NCBI GenBank assembly: GCA_958295695.1
Contig: OY282363.1
Location: 1,367,403-1,431,402 of the forward strand
Source of the DNA: an uncultured Alphaproteobacteria bacterium
GTDB lineage: Bacteria; Pseudomonadota; Alphaproteobacteria; SP197
DNA length: 64,000 nucleotides
Direction of reading: 5' to 3'
Shown here: piece by piece, positions 49,026 through 57,634 of the stretch
Layout of the letters: every line of letters begins with the position of its first letter
Numbering within the stretch: position 1 is the first letter of the stretch
Translations under genes and position numbers: made by a program
Notes under the pieces: model-generated
The model's database searches: none
Told to the model about the DNA's origin: nothing
The model's input: the letters and a program-made list of their open reading frames with translations, nothing else

Positions 49026-49361
49026 ATGTACGAGATCGATCCGAGCCGAACCGACCTGATCGAGGAATTCGACCGAAACCCCGGCGGTCCCCACGGCGCG
49101 GAGCTGGCGCTGGCGGTCAACCGGCTGCGGCTCGGCCCGATGGGCGAGCGCTTCATCATCGTCTGCACCAGGAGGGGACGGGAATGGGCCGTGGGCAGGA
49201 TGCCGACCGCGCGCGGCCAGCCGGTCGAGCTCCTCGAGGGCCTTGTCTTCGATGACTACGCCGCCGCCGCCCGCGAGGTTTTCCGCCTGCGCTGGCGGGC
49301 CGCGACGGGCCGGGACGCCGCGTCCCGAGGACGCTCCGGTTCGAGGGGAACGGCGCCGTGA
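49026..49361 (+). CDS. N,N-dimethylformamidase small-subunit-like protein
   Basis: ATG 49026 lies within ORF 48948..49361, downstream of the hairpin. The sequence is MYEIDPSRTDLIEEFDRNPGG...GERFIIVCTRRGREWAVGR...GQPVELLEGLVFDDYAAAAREVFRLRW. The size, the position immediately 5' of the large-subunit homologue (GTGA overlap) and the residue pattern resemble my recollection of DmfA1. Unverified. Confidence 0.5.
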   Translation: MYEIDPSRTDLIEEFDRNPGGPHGAELALAVNRLRLGPMGERFIIVCTRRGREWAVGRMPTARGQPVELLEGLVFDDYAAAAREVFRLRWRAATGRDAASRGRSGSRGTAP

Positions 49362-51580
49362 AGACGATCGTCGGCTATGCGAGCGCATGGAGCGTGGCGC
49401 CGGGCGACACCCTGGACGTCAAGGTCAGCACCTATGGCAAGGAGCGCTACACGGCGGAACTCGTGAGGGTCGTCTGCGGCGACGACGACCCCGACCGCGG
49501 CATCTACCGCGAGGAGAAGGTCGCCGCGCCCTTCGCCGGCGACTATCCCGGCAGGACGCAGACGATGGCGGCCGGCTCCTATGTCGTGGCGCCGGACCCC
49601 GAACCGCTGCGGCGTCTCGCCGGCTTCACCGTGCAAGCCTGGATTTTCCCCACGACGCCTCTGGCCGGAGAGCAGGGGCTGATCGCGCACTGGTGCGCCC
49701 GGTCCCCGCGCGGCTTCGCGCTGATCGTGGACGGGAACGGCGCGCTGGCGCTCCGCACGGGCGACGGGACCGGCGACGTCCGGGAGACCGGCGCCGGCGT
49801 GGCGCTCGCCGCCCGCCGGTGGCATCTGGTTTCGGCCTCCTTCGACCCGGAAACCGGGGCCGTCCGTCTCCATCAGACGACGCCCGGCACCGCCGTCGAG
49901 GCCGGCCATGCCGCGACGGCGGCGGGCCGCGGGGCGTACGCGCCCGTGGCGGACGCGAGCGCGCCGCTCCTGATGGCGGCGCTTCCCTCGGAAGAGGGCG
50001 GCGTCCGGCGCCATTTCAACGGCAAGATCGACAGGCCGCGGGTGACGGCGCGCCCGCTTTCGAGCGACGAGGTCGTCGCGCTGGCGTGGGATCCGGCTCC
50101 GCACGAGCGCGAGGCGGCCCTGGTCGCGGGCTGGGACTTCTCGCGGGACATCGGGCGCGCGCGCGTCGCCGACGTCGGCTTCAACGCTCTCCACGGACAC
50201 ACCGTCAACCTTCCGTCCCGCGGGGTGAAGGGCTTCAACTGGACCGGCAGGGAGCAGAGCTGGCGGCACGCCCCGGAGGAGTACGGGGCGATCCACTTCC
50301 ACGACGACGACCACTACGACGCCGGCTGGGAGACGGACTTCAGCTATGTCGTGCCGGACGACCTCGCGAGCGGGGTCTACGCGGCGCGCCTCGGGACGGA
50401 CGACGACGAATGGCACGTCACCTTCTTCGTCCGGCCGCCCCGCGGCGCGGCGACCTCGCGGCTCGCCTTCCTGGCCTCGACGGCCACCTACATGGCCTAC
50501 GCGAACTACCGCTGGCAGCTCCGCGAGCACTACGCCGAGGTGGCGGAGACCTACTGGACGACGCTCGACAAGGGCGACGCTTTCCTGCAGGAGCACCCGG
50601 AGTTCGGGCTGTCCACCTACGACACCCATTTCGACGGCAGCGGCGTGCGCTACTCGTCGCGCCTGCGCCCGGTGCTCAACATGGCGCCCAAGACGCCGCT
50701 CTGGAGCTTCAATCCCGATACGCACATCCTGGGGTGGCTGGAGGAGAAGGGCGTCGGCTACGACGTCATCACCGACGAGGATCTGCATCGCGAGGGGGCC
50801 GGGCTGCTGCGACGCTACCGCGCAGTCGTGACGGGGGCCCATCCCGAGTACCACACGACGCGGATGTGGGACGGGCTGCGCGGATACCTTTCGCGCGGGG
50901 GGAGGCTGGCCTATCTGGGCGGCAACGGGTTCATCTGGCGCTGCGCGTTCTCCGACGAGATGCCCGGGGTCGTGGAGCTGCGCCGGGCCGAGGACGGCAT
51001 CCGTTACCGCGACGAGGAACCGGGCGAGTACGACCTGGAGTTCACGGGCGAGCACGGCGGGCTGTGGCGCCGGCTGGGGATGGCCCCCCAGGCGCTCGTG
51101 GGCGTCGGCACCGTGGCGGTCGGGTTCGACCGGTCGGGGTTCTATCGCCGCACGCCCGAGAGTTTCGACCGGAGGGTCGCTTTCGTCTTCGACGGCATCG
51201 GCGACGACGAGCCGATCGGCGATTTCGGCTTTCTGGGCGGCGGCGCGAGCGGATCGGAGATCGACGCCGCCGACCCGCTGCTGGGAACGCCGCCGCACGC
51301 GCTGGTCGTCGCCAGCTCCGTGGGCCATTCGGCCGACACCTGGCTCGTGCCGGACGAGACCGGCTTCCACCACAGCGCCATGGACGGCGTCCAGAACCCC
51401 CGCGTCAAGGCCGACATGACGTTCTTCGAGACGCCCAGCGGCGGCGCGGTGTTCTCCGTCGGCTCGATCGCCTGGGCGGGCAGCCTGCCCTGCGACGGCT
51501 ACGACAACAACGTCGCGCGGCTCTCGGAAAACGTCCTGCGCCGCTTCCTCGCGCCCGAGCCCTTCGCCATGCCGGAATAG
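49358..51580 (+). CDS. N,N-dimethylformamidase large (beta) subunit homologue with N-terminal LamG-like jelly-roll
   Basis: 740 aa with a GTG start. These blocks parallel my recalled DmfA2: MKTIVGYAS...ELVRVVCGDDDPDRGIYREE, GLSTYDTHFDGSGVRYSSRLRPVLNMAPK, VVTGAHPEYHTTRMWDGLRGYLSRGGRLAYLGGNGFIW, GGGASGSEIDAADPLLGTPPHALVVASSVGHS and DGYDNNVARLSENVLRRFL. Confidence 0.75.
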   Translation: MKTIVGYASAWSVAPGDTLDVKVSTYGKERYTAELVRVVCGDDDPDRGIYREEKVAAPFAGDYPGRTQTMAAGSYVVAPDPEPLRRLAGFTVQAWIFPTTPLAGEQGLIAHWCARSPRGFALIVDGNGALALRTGDGTGDVRETGAGVALAARRWHLVSASFDPETGAVRLHQTTPGTAVEAGHAATAAGRGAYAPVADASAPLLMAALPSEEGGVRRHFNGKIDRPRVTARPLSSDEVVALAWDPAPHEREAALVAGWDFSRDIGRARVADVGFNALHGHTVNLPSRGVKGFNWTGREQSWRHAPEEYGAIHFHDDDHYDAGWETDFSYVVPDDLASGVYAARLGTDDDEWHVTFFVRPPRGAATSRLAFLASTATYMAYANYRWQLREHYAEVAETYWTTLDKGDAFLQEHPEFGLSTYDTHFDGSGVRYSSRLRPVLNMAPKTPLWSFNPDTHILGWLEEKGVGYDVITDEDLHREGAGLLRRYRAVVTGAHPEYHTTRMWDGLRGYLSRGGRLAYLGGNGFIWRCAFSDEMPGVVELRRAEDGIRYRDEEPGEYDLEFTGEHGGLWRRLGMAPQALVGVGTVAVGFDRSGFYRRTPESFDRRVAFVFDGIGDDEPIGDFGFLGGGASGSEIDAADPLLGTPPHALVVASSVGHSADTWLVPDETGFHHSAMDGVQNPRVKADMTFFETPSGGAVFSVGSIAWAGSLPCDGYDNNVARLSENVLRRFLAPEPFAMPE

Positions 51581-51611
51581 GGGGCGCGGGCCGCCGCGAC
51601 CGTCGGCGCCG

Positions 51612-51980
51612 TCACACGTCCGCGATCATGTAGAACTTGCGCAGCGTCCTCGTGATCTCCCAAGTGCACCGCGCGCCCTTGGGCATGAAGAACGTGTCCC
51701 CCGCCTCGTACGTTTCCGCGTGTCCGTCGGCGTCGGTCAGCGTCAGCGAGCCGTCCAGCACGGTCATCATCTCGTGGACCGGATAGGCCTCGATCTCCTC
51801 CCTGCAGGGCGCGCACTCCCAGACCCCGGCCAGGATCTTCTGGTCGCCGGTCGTGAAGTGGTGGGAGATCAGTTCCGTGCGGTCGTCGGTGGTGAAGCAT
51901 TCGGGCTCGACCAGGCTCGACGGCCCCATCCCGATCGCCGGATCGCCGGCGGCGTTCAGTCTGACGGGCTTGGCGGTCAT
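51612..51980 (-). CDS. cupin-domain protein (DUF861/cupin_3-like)
   Basis: 122 aa. ...KILAGVWECAPCREEIEAYPVHEMMTVLDGSLTLTDADGHAETYEAGDTFFMPKGARCTWEITRTLRKFYMI. Confidence 0.7.
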   Translation of the reverse strand: MTAKPVRLNAAGDPAIGMGPSSLVEPECFTTDDRTELISHHFTTGDQKILAGVWECAPCREEIEAYPVHEMMTVLDGSLTLTDADGHAETYEAGDTFFMPKGARCTWEITRTLRKFYMIADV

Positions 51981-52150
51981 GCAACGCTCCCTCGGTTGCG
52001 GTTGAACAAGGGTCTGTCATCGGTGACGCCGGCCATCTTGGCCCCGCCATGCGCCGTTTTCAATGCGCGACCGCCGGAACACGGCGAGGCGGCGACGGGC
52101 TCGCGAACCGCGGTCTCCTCGCGGTCCCGCCGCGCGGAGCGCCTCTTCCG

Positions 52151-52166
52151 ACTGACCGGTCGGTCA
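52151..52166. promoter_or_regulatory. 16-bp palindrome (candidate operator) in the cupin/lipoprotein divergent region
   Basis: CTGACC-ggtc-GGTCAG has perfect 6-bp arms. The architecture TGACY-N4-RGTCA is shared with the site at 55295..55308. Confidence 0.3.
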
Positions 52167-52235
52167 GGCCGGGCTGGACGGAGCGGATCCGGGCCGCCAC
52201 AATCGATCCGGGATCCGACTGGGGGGAGCTCCGCC

Positions 52236-53225
52236 ATGTCCTCGGGACGTCTGGCCGCCTTGCCCGCCGTGCTGGCGCTCCTCGCGGCATGCATGGTCCC
52301 CGGGACCGGCCACGCCGAGCTCCTGACCTACACCTTCCCGGTGTGCGGCGCGCCCAACGGCTACGAACCCGGCTGGGCGCCAAACGGCGATCCCGCGGTC
52401 AACGGCGAGATGACGCTGATTATCGACGCGGAGAAGGGGCTTCTGTCGCTCGAGCCGTCGCGGGAGCTGCTCGACAGCATCCGCTATCCCACGATCCACG
52501 CGCACCTCTACGACCTGAAGCACCGCTACGACAACACCGATCTCGGTCAGTCGACCGTCTGCTGGGCCTACTACAACACGGAAGGCGAGCGGGGCGGACA
52601 CTGCGCCCACGACGACTACGATTGTCAGGCCCTGACCGGCGTGACGGACTGGCCTTGGGAGGCTTACGGCTACTCCGTCGACTGGTACCGGGACTACATC
52701 GGGACGGTCGCCGCCGAGGACGCCGACGGCTGGTGGCTGATGCTGCACTTCGCCGGCGGCCACTTCGCGGCCGACGAGAACGGTCGGCTGATCGAGTGGG
52801 ACGGCTCGCCCTATATGGAGTCGTCGTTCTACGGTCTCAACCAGATCCGGACCGACTGCAACGCGCGCGTCGGCCGCACGCTCGACAACCGCGACTTCGG
52901 CCACGGCGACAACTGCAACAAGATGCTCGAGGGCGCGATGGCGGACGACTACTTCCTCGACGCCAACGGGATCGCCTGGGTCGACGAGAACGGCGCCCTG
53001 ACCGAGGACGCCGTCGCGATGGGCTACGACCTCGAGACCGAGTATCTCTTCTACAACTACCGCGACAACGGGCAGTCCGACCGCTGGGGCGGCCCCGATG
53101 GCGGCGCGGGCGGCTTCCTGACGGGCGACGACGAGGGCCGCTGCCTGATCTGGCCGCCGGAAGACTACGGTCTGGCCCGGCGGCAGGACGACGACGCGGC
53201 CCGCGGCCAACTCGCCCGACAGTGA
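52236..53225 (+). CDS. hypothetical lipoprotein, acidic and Cys/Trp/Tyr-rich (329 aa)
   Basis: ATG 52236 is preceded by GGGGGGAG. The signal peptide carries a lipobox: MSSGRLAALPAVLALLAAC. The mature part has 7 further Cys and many D/W/Y. No family recognised. Confidence 0.6.
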   Translation: MSSGRLAALPAVLALLAACMVPGTGHAELLTYTFPVCGAPNGYEPGWAPNGDPAVNGEMTLIIDAEKGLLSLEPSRELLDSIRYPTIHAHLYDLKHRYDNTDLGQSTVCWAYYNTEGERGGHCAHDDYDCQALTGVTDWPWEAYGYSVDWYRDYIGTVAAEDADGWWLMLHFAGGHFAADENGRLIEWDGSPYMESSFYGLNQIRTDCNARVGRTLDNRDFGHGDNCNKMLEGAMADDYFLDANGIAWVDENGALTEDAVAMGYDLETEYLFYNYRDNGQSDRWGGPDGGAGGFLTGDDEGRCLIWPPEDYGLARRQDDDAARGQLARQ

Positions 53226-53336
53226 GGACGGACCCGCGCTTCAAGGCGCCGTCCCATCGGATTGGAGCGGGGCCGGTCCCCTTCGACGGGCCCGGGGACC
53301 GCCGCCGCTCCCGGTTCGAGACGCCAGGACAAGGTT

Positions 53337-53837
53337 CTATTCCCGCGCTCCGCCGGGTCCCGCGTCGATGTAGCGCGCCAGCGGGGCCGCGCTGTCGGGA
53401 TCGCCGGCCAGTTCCCCGCGGGCGAACTCGATCGCGGCGACCTCGTGCTCGTTGAGAATGCGGATGGCGGGCCTGTCCTCCTCGGGCGCCATGCGTTCCA
53501 GGGCCTCGAAGTCGAGCAGATATTGGGGGTAGCGTTCCGCCATGTCGGCGACGAAGCCGCGCCAGTCGTGGGTTTCGTGGCGGTCGATCCACGCCAGGCC
53601 GGCCGCCGCGAGTTCGGGGTCGGGCCGCGGGACAAGGCGATAGCGCTCGATCAACGGCCTGACCGACTCGGCCGCGACCCTTTCCACCCGGGACAGGAGA
53701 TCGAGTTTCTCGCGCTGGTCGTCACGGTCGAAGCGCCGCTTGAGCCCCCGGAAGTAGGCTTCGCCCATGACCTCTTCCTCGTGATACAGCAGGAGGGTGC
53801 TCAGATACTCGGAATGCCGGTCGGACGGTCGTGTCAT
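53337..53837 (-). CDS. hypothetical all-helical cytoplasmic protein (166 aa)
   Basis: MTRPSDRHSEYLSTLLLYHEEEVMGEAYFRGLKRRFDRDDQREKLDLLSRVERVAAES... It lies 24 nt downstream of the amine oxidase gene on the same strand. No family recognised. Confidence 0.55.
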   Translation of the reverse strand: MTRPSDRHSEYLSTLLLYHEEEVMGEAYFRGLKRRFDRDDQREKLDLLSRVERVAAESVRPLIERYRLVPRPDPELAAAGLAWIDRHETHDWRGFVADMAERYPQYLLDFEALERMAPEEDRPAIRILNEHEVAAIEFARGELAGDPDSAAPLARYIDAGPGGARE

Positions 53838-53861
53838 GAGTTCTTCCGGGTCCCGTGGCGC

Positions 53862-55205
53862 TCAGGCGAGCGTCGCGGCGACCTCGCGGGCGACCGCCTC
53901 GCCGCTCAGGTAGGCGCCGCCGCACAGTTGGACATAAGGCGTCGCGACCGCTTCGCCCGCGAAGAAAACGCGGTCCGCGACCGGCCGCGCCAGTTCGGCC
54001 CGGGCGCCGTAGTGGCCGGGCCTCGCGGCGGCGTAGGCGCCGAGCGACCGGGGGTTCGCGGCCCAGTCGGTGAGATGGCCCCTCACGAAACTATCGCGGG
54101 CCTTGGCGCCGAAGAGCTTCACGACCTCCCCGAGCGCGAAGTCGACCGCCGCATCGGCGCCCTCGGCCGACAGGCTCCAGCCGAACGCGCCGCCGATGAA
54201 GCCGATCATGAGGTCGAATCCGAAGGGGAACGTGAGGAAGTAGCAGGCCTCGGCCGGCAACTCGTTGGGCACCCGGTATGTGAGCCACTGGTTGGCGCCG
54301 AGGCCGAAGCGCTCGCCGTCGAACTGGAGCGCGACCTTGGCCAGAAGCCCCATGGGCAGGTTGTCGATGGCGTCCCGCTTCCAGCCGGGCAGGGCGGGCG
54401 TGAAACGGATCGAACCGGCCCGCAGCACGCCGGTCGACACGGTCACGACGCAGGCCCTGGCCCGGATCGCGCCGGCGGGCGTCTCGACCGCGACGCCGTC
54501 GCCGCTCCAGTCGATCCCGGTCGCCGGCGTCGCGAGCCGGACGGGCAGACCGTCGCCCAGGCGCGCGACGAGCGCGCCGAACCCCTCCCTGATCATGTAG
54601 TAGGCGCCGATCGAGCCGTATTCCGAGACGTCCCTGGTCGAGAGGTCGGTGAAGTCGACCGCCCAGTCCATGGGTCCCATCCAAGTCTGGACGACGCCGC
54701 CGAACTCGAGATCGGGGGGAACCACCGAGGAAGCCGCCACGTCGCGTCCGGAACGCCCGGCCCGGTCGACGGCGCTGTCGATCAGGCCCCAGGCCTCGTC
54801 GTACCCGCGGCTCTCCTCGGCCGTCGCGCGCCGGTCGCCGACGAAGAACGCTTCGCCCGCGCCGCTGTGGTTCCGGAGGGTGAAGCCCCAGTCCCTGGCC
54901 ATCTGGATGTAGGGGAGGTCGGCCGGGCCCATCACCCAGGAACAGCCGTGGTCGAAGGGGACCCCGAAGGTCTCCGACTCCGTATAGGCGCGCCCCCCGA
55001 TCCGGTCCGCGCCTTCGACGACCGCGACGGACAGGCCCTCGGCGATCAGGGCGCGCGCCGCCGCGAGCCCGGCGGAGCCCGCGCCGACCACCACGACATC
55101 GGGATCGGTCGGGACCGCCCCGGCCCACGCCGGCAGGACGGCCGTGGCGGTCAGGCCCGACAAAAAGGACCGCCGGGACGGCGAGGCGTCGGAGATCGTG
55201 GCCAT
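53862..55205 (-). CDS. flavin-containing amine oxidase, Tat-exported
   Basis: ATG at 55205 gives MATISDASPSRRSFLSGLTATAVLPAWAGA, a twin-arginine signal. It has the FAD fold DVVVVGAGSAGLAAARAL...VEGADRIGGR and the C-terminal motif FFAGEA. Confidence 0.85.
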   Translation of the reverse strand: MATISDASPSRRSFLSGLTATAVLPAWAGAVPTDPDVVVVGAGSAGLAAARALIAEGLSVAVVEGADRIGGRAYTESETFGVPFDHGCSWVMGPADLPYIQMARDWGFTLRNHSGAGEAFFVGDRRATAEESRGYDEAWGLIDSAVDRAGRSGRDVAASSVVPPDLEFGGVVQTWMGPMDWAVDFTDLSTRDVSEYGSIGAYYMIREGFGALVARLGDGLPVRLATPATGIDWSGDGVAVETPAGAIRARACVVTVSTGVLRAGSIRFTPALPGWKRDAIDNLPMGLLAKVALQFDGERFGLGANQWLTYRVPNELPAEACYFLTFPFGFDLMIGFIGGAFGWSLSAEGADAAVDFALGEVVKLFGAKARDSFVRGHLTDWAANPRSLGAYAAARPGHYGARAELARPVADRVFFAGEAVATPYVQLCGGAYLSGEAVAREVAATLA

Positions 55206-55294
55206 GACGTTGTCTCCCCGCGCCGGGACGCAACACGAATCGGGCTCCGGCGCGCGCATCTCATCACGATTCCGCTCGCGGCCAAAGCCGAGAT

Positions 55295-55308
55295 TGACTG
55301 ACCAGTCA
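55295..55308. promoter_or_regulatory. 14-bp palindrome (candidate operator) in the amine-oxidase/Pot-transporter divergent region
   Basis: TGACT-gacc-AGTCA. An overlapping palindrome reads CTGAC-ca-GTCAG. The local context is AT-richer than the surroundings. Confidence 0.3.
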
Positions 55309-55458
55309 GATGAAACTACCGTCGATTCGTTTGAGAGGCCACATGTTCCGGCGTTGTCGGGACAGCCCGCTCAAGGCGTACCCATCCAGAGGCCCGTCGC
55401 CTCGGCCACGGGCCTTCGGAGTGGGCGAGAATCACAATCGCAAGGGAGATCGGTAACG

Positions 55459-56574
55459 ATGGATATCGACGACACCATCAAACGTATCCGCAACCGGGAC
55501 ATCAGCCGGCGCGACCTCAACAAGGCGCTGGCCTCGGTCGGCTTGGCGACAGTGGCGATGCCGCTGACCTCCCGGCGCGGCCTCGCCGAGGAGCAGGCGA
55601 TCTACTACACGTGGTCGGGCTACGACATCCCCGAGCTCTGGCCCTCCTATCTCGAAATGCACGGCGAGCCGCCGGAGACGCCGATCTTCGGCGACGCCGA
55701 GGAGTCGTTCGTGAAGGTGCGCGCGGGCTACGTCGTGGACGTGATGCACCCGTGCAGCAACAACGTGCCGCGCTGGCGCCATGCCGGTGTTCTGCAGGCC
55801 ATCGACGTTTCGAGGCTCTCGAACTGGGGCGACGTCGTTCCCGCCCTGAAGACGGTGAAGGACGGCGTGTTCGGCGACGAGCACTGGTTCATCCCGTTCG
55901 AGTGGGGACAGACCTCGGTGACGTACCGCACCGACCTCTTCGACCTCGCCGGCGAGGAGGAGTCCTGGGGCATGCTCTGGGACGAGCGTTACGCGGGACG
56001 CCTGTCGATCATCGACGCGGCCGAGGACTCCTGGTGGTGCGCCGCGATCTACGCCGGCATCGACACGGACAACCTGACCGACGCGGACATCCAGAAGGTC
56101 TTCGACCTCCTGGTCCAGCAGCAGAAGCTGCTCCTGTTCCGGCAGAGCGACATGACCACGGTCGAGCAGGCGCTGGCCTCGGGCGAACTGGCGGCCGCCA
56201 TGACCTGGAACAGCTCGCCGCTCACGCTCACCCGCGAGGGCGTTCCGGTCAAGTTCGCCAACGTCAAGGAAGGCGCCCTGACCTGGGTGTGCGGCATGGT
56301 GCTGACCGCCGACGCGCCGCATTACGACAAGGCGCACGACCTGCTCAACGCCATGATCGCCCCGGAGGTCGGCAAGTTCATCATCGAGGACTACGGTTAC
56401 GGCCACTCGAACTCCAAGGCCTTCCAGCTCGTCAGCGACGACGAGCTGTTCGCGCGTGGCCTGACCAGCGATCCGATGGAGATTCTCGGGGCGGGCACGT
56501 TCCTCCAGGCGCAGACCGAGGACATCGAGCAGAAGATCAACCGCGACTGGGGCGAGCTGATCGCGATGATCTAG
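55459..56574 (+). CDS. PotD/PotF-family polyamine-type ABC solute-binding protein with Tat-like signal
   Basis: ATG 55459 gives MDIDDTIKRIRNRDISRRDLNKALASVGLATVAMPL... The body is PotD/F-like (...YYTWSGYDIPELW...IPFEWGQTSVTYRTDL...). Confidence 0.8.
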   Translation: MDIDDTIKRIRNRDISRRDLNKALASVGLATVAMPLTSRRGLAEEQAIYYTWSGYDIPELWPSYLEMHGEPPETPIFGDAEESFVKVRAGYVVDVMHPCSNNVPRWRHAGVLQAIDVSRLSNWGDVVPALKTVKDGVFGDEHWFIPFEWGQTSVTYRTDLFDLAGEEESWGMLWDERYAGRLSIIDAAEDSWWCAAIYAGIDTDNLTDADIQKVFDLLVQQQKLLLFRQSDMTTVEQALASGELAAAMTWNSSPLTLTREGVPVKFANVKEGALTWVCGMVLTADAPHYDKAHDLLNAMIAPEVGKFIIEDYGYGHSNSKAFQLVSDDELFARGLTSDPMEILGAGTFLQAQTEDIEQKINRDWGELIAMI

Positions 56575-56607
56575 AAGGGATGCGTTCCCCTTGTGGCCGT
56601 GACGGAT

Positions 56608-56639
56608 CCGGCGGCGGTCGCGCGACCGGCCGCCGCCGG
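56608..56639 (+). other. intercistronic GC hairpin between binding-protein and permease genes
   Basis: CCGGCGGCGG...(12 nt)...CCGCCGCCGG, with perfect 10-bp arms. Confidence 0.5.
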
Positions 56640-56698
56640 ACCGGGACGGTTGCAAAGCCCCCGCGCCGGCCCGCCCGGAGCGGGACTCGTCATCGGCG

Positions 56699-57634
56699 AT
56701 GAGCGAACCAACGGCCGTTTCGACCGGCTCCGGCGTCGCGCCGATGGGGACGCCGCTCCGGTGGTGGCGACGTCTGATCCTGCGCAACGAGGCGGTGCGC
56801 GGCTACACGCTGCTGTCGCCGACGCTCTTCCTGATGACCCTGGCGCTCGGCGCGCCGGTCTTCTTCCTGTTCCTGGTGAGCTTCTTCACGCAGGATCTCC
56901 TGGAGATCTCGACGGATTTCTCCCTTGAGAACTACATGTCGTTCCTCGGGAAGGAGAACTACCAGAAGCTCCTGTGGCGCTCGCTGAAGGTCTCGGGCTT
57001 CGTCACCGTCCTGTCGGTGGTTCTCGCCTATCCGATGGCCTACTTCATCGCATTCCGGGTGCGGAAGAACAAGTTCGCCTGGCTGATCCTGATCACGGTT
57101 CCCTTCTGGACCAGCTATCTTCTTCGGGTATTCGCCTGGAAGATCGTCCTGGGCCACAACGGGGTCATCAATTCGGGCCTGACCGAGCTCGGCTTCATCG
57201 AGGAGCCGCTCACGTTCCTCCTCTACAATCCGTTCGCGGTGGTGCTGACCCTGGCGCACGCCTGGGCCGCCTTCGCGATCATGCCGATCTACGTGTCGCT
57301 CGAGAAAATCGACCGGTCGTTGCTGGAGGCGGCCCGCGACCTCGGCGATGGCCCCGCCATGCGCTTCTGGCGCGTCACGCTGCCGCTCTCCATGGCGGGC
57401 GTGGTGGCCGCGAGCCTTCTGGTTTTCATTCCCACGGTCGGCGATTTCGTCACGCCCACCATGGTCGGCGGGCCGAAGGGAACGCTGATCGGCAACCTGA
57501 TCCAGATCCAGTTCGGCAAGGCCAACAACTGGCCCTTGGGCGCGGCGCTCTCCGTGATCTCGCTGATCGCGATCACGGCCGTCGTCTGCGCCTTCCTGTG
57601 GTTCACCAAGCGCGTGAGGACGCAGGAGCTGTGA
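56699..57634 (+). CDS. ABC transporter permease (PotB/PotH-like)
   Basis: 311 aa, multi-TM. The EAA region reads LEKIDRSLLEAARDLGDGPAMRFWRVTLPLSM. Confidence 0.85.
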   Translation: MSEPTAVSTGSGVAPMGTPLRWWRRLILRNEAVRGYTLLSPTLFLMTLALGAPVFFLFLVSFFTQDLLEISTDFSLENYMSFLGKENYQKLLWRSLKVSGFVTVLSVVLAYPMAYFIAFRVRKNKFAWLILITVPFWTSYLLRVFAWKIVLGHNGVINSGLTELGFIEEPLTFLLYNPFAVVLTLAHAWAAFAIMPIYVSLEKIDRSLLEAARDLGDGPAMRFWRVTLPLSMAGVVAASLLVFIPTVGDFVTPTMVGGPKGTLIGNLIQIQFGKANNWPLGAALSVISLIAITAVVCAFLWFTKRVRTQEL

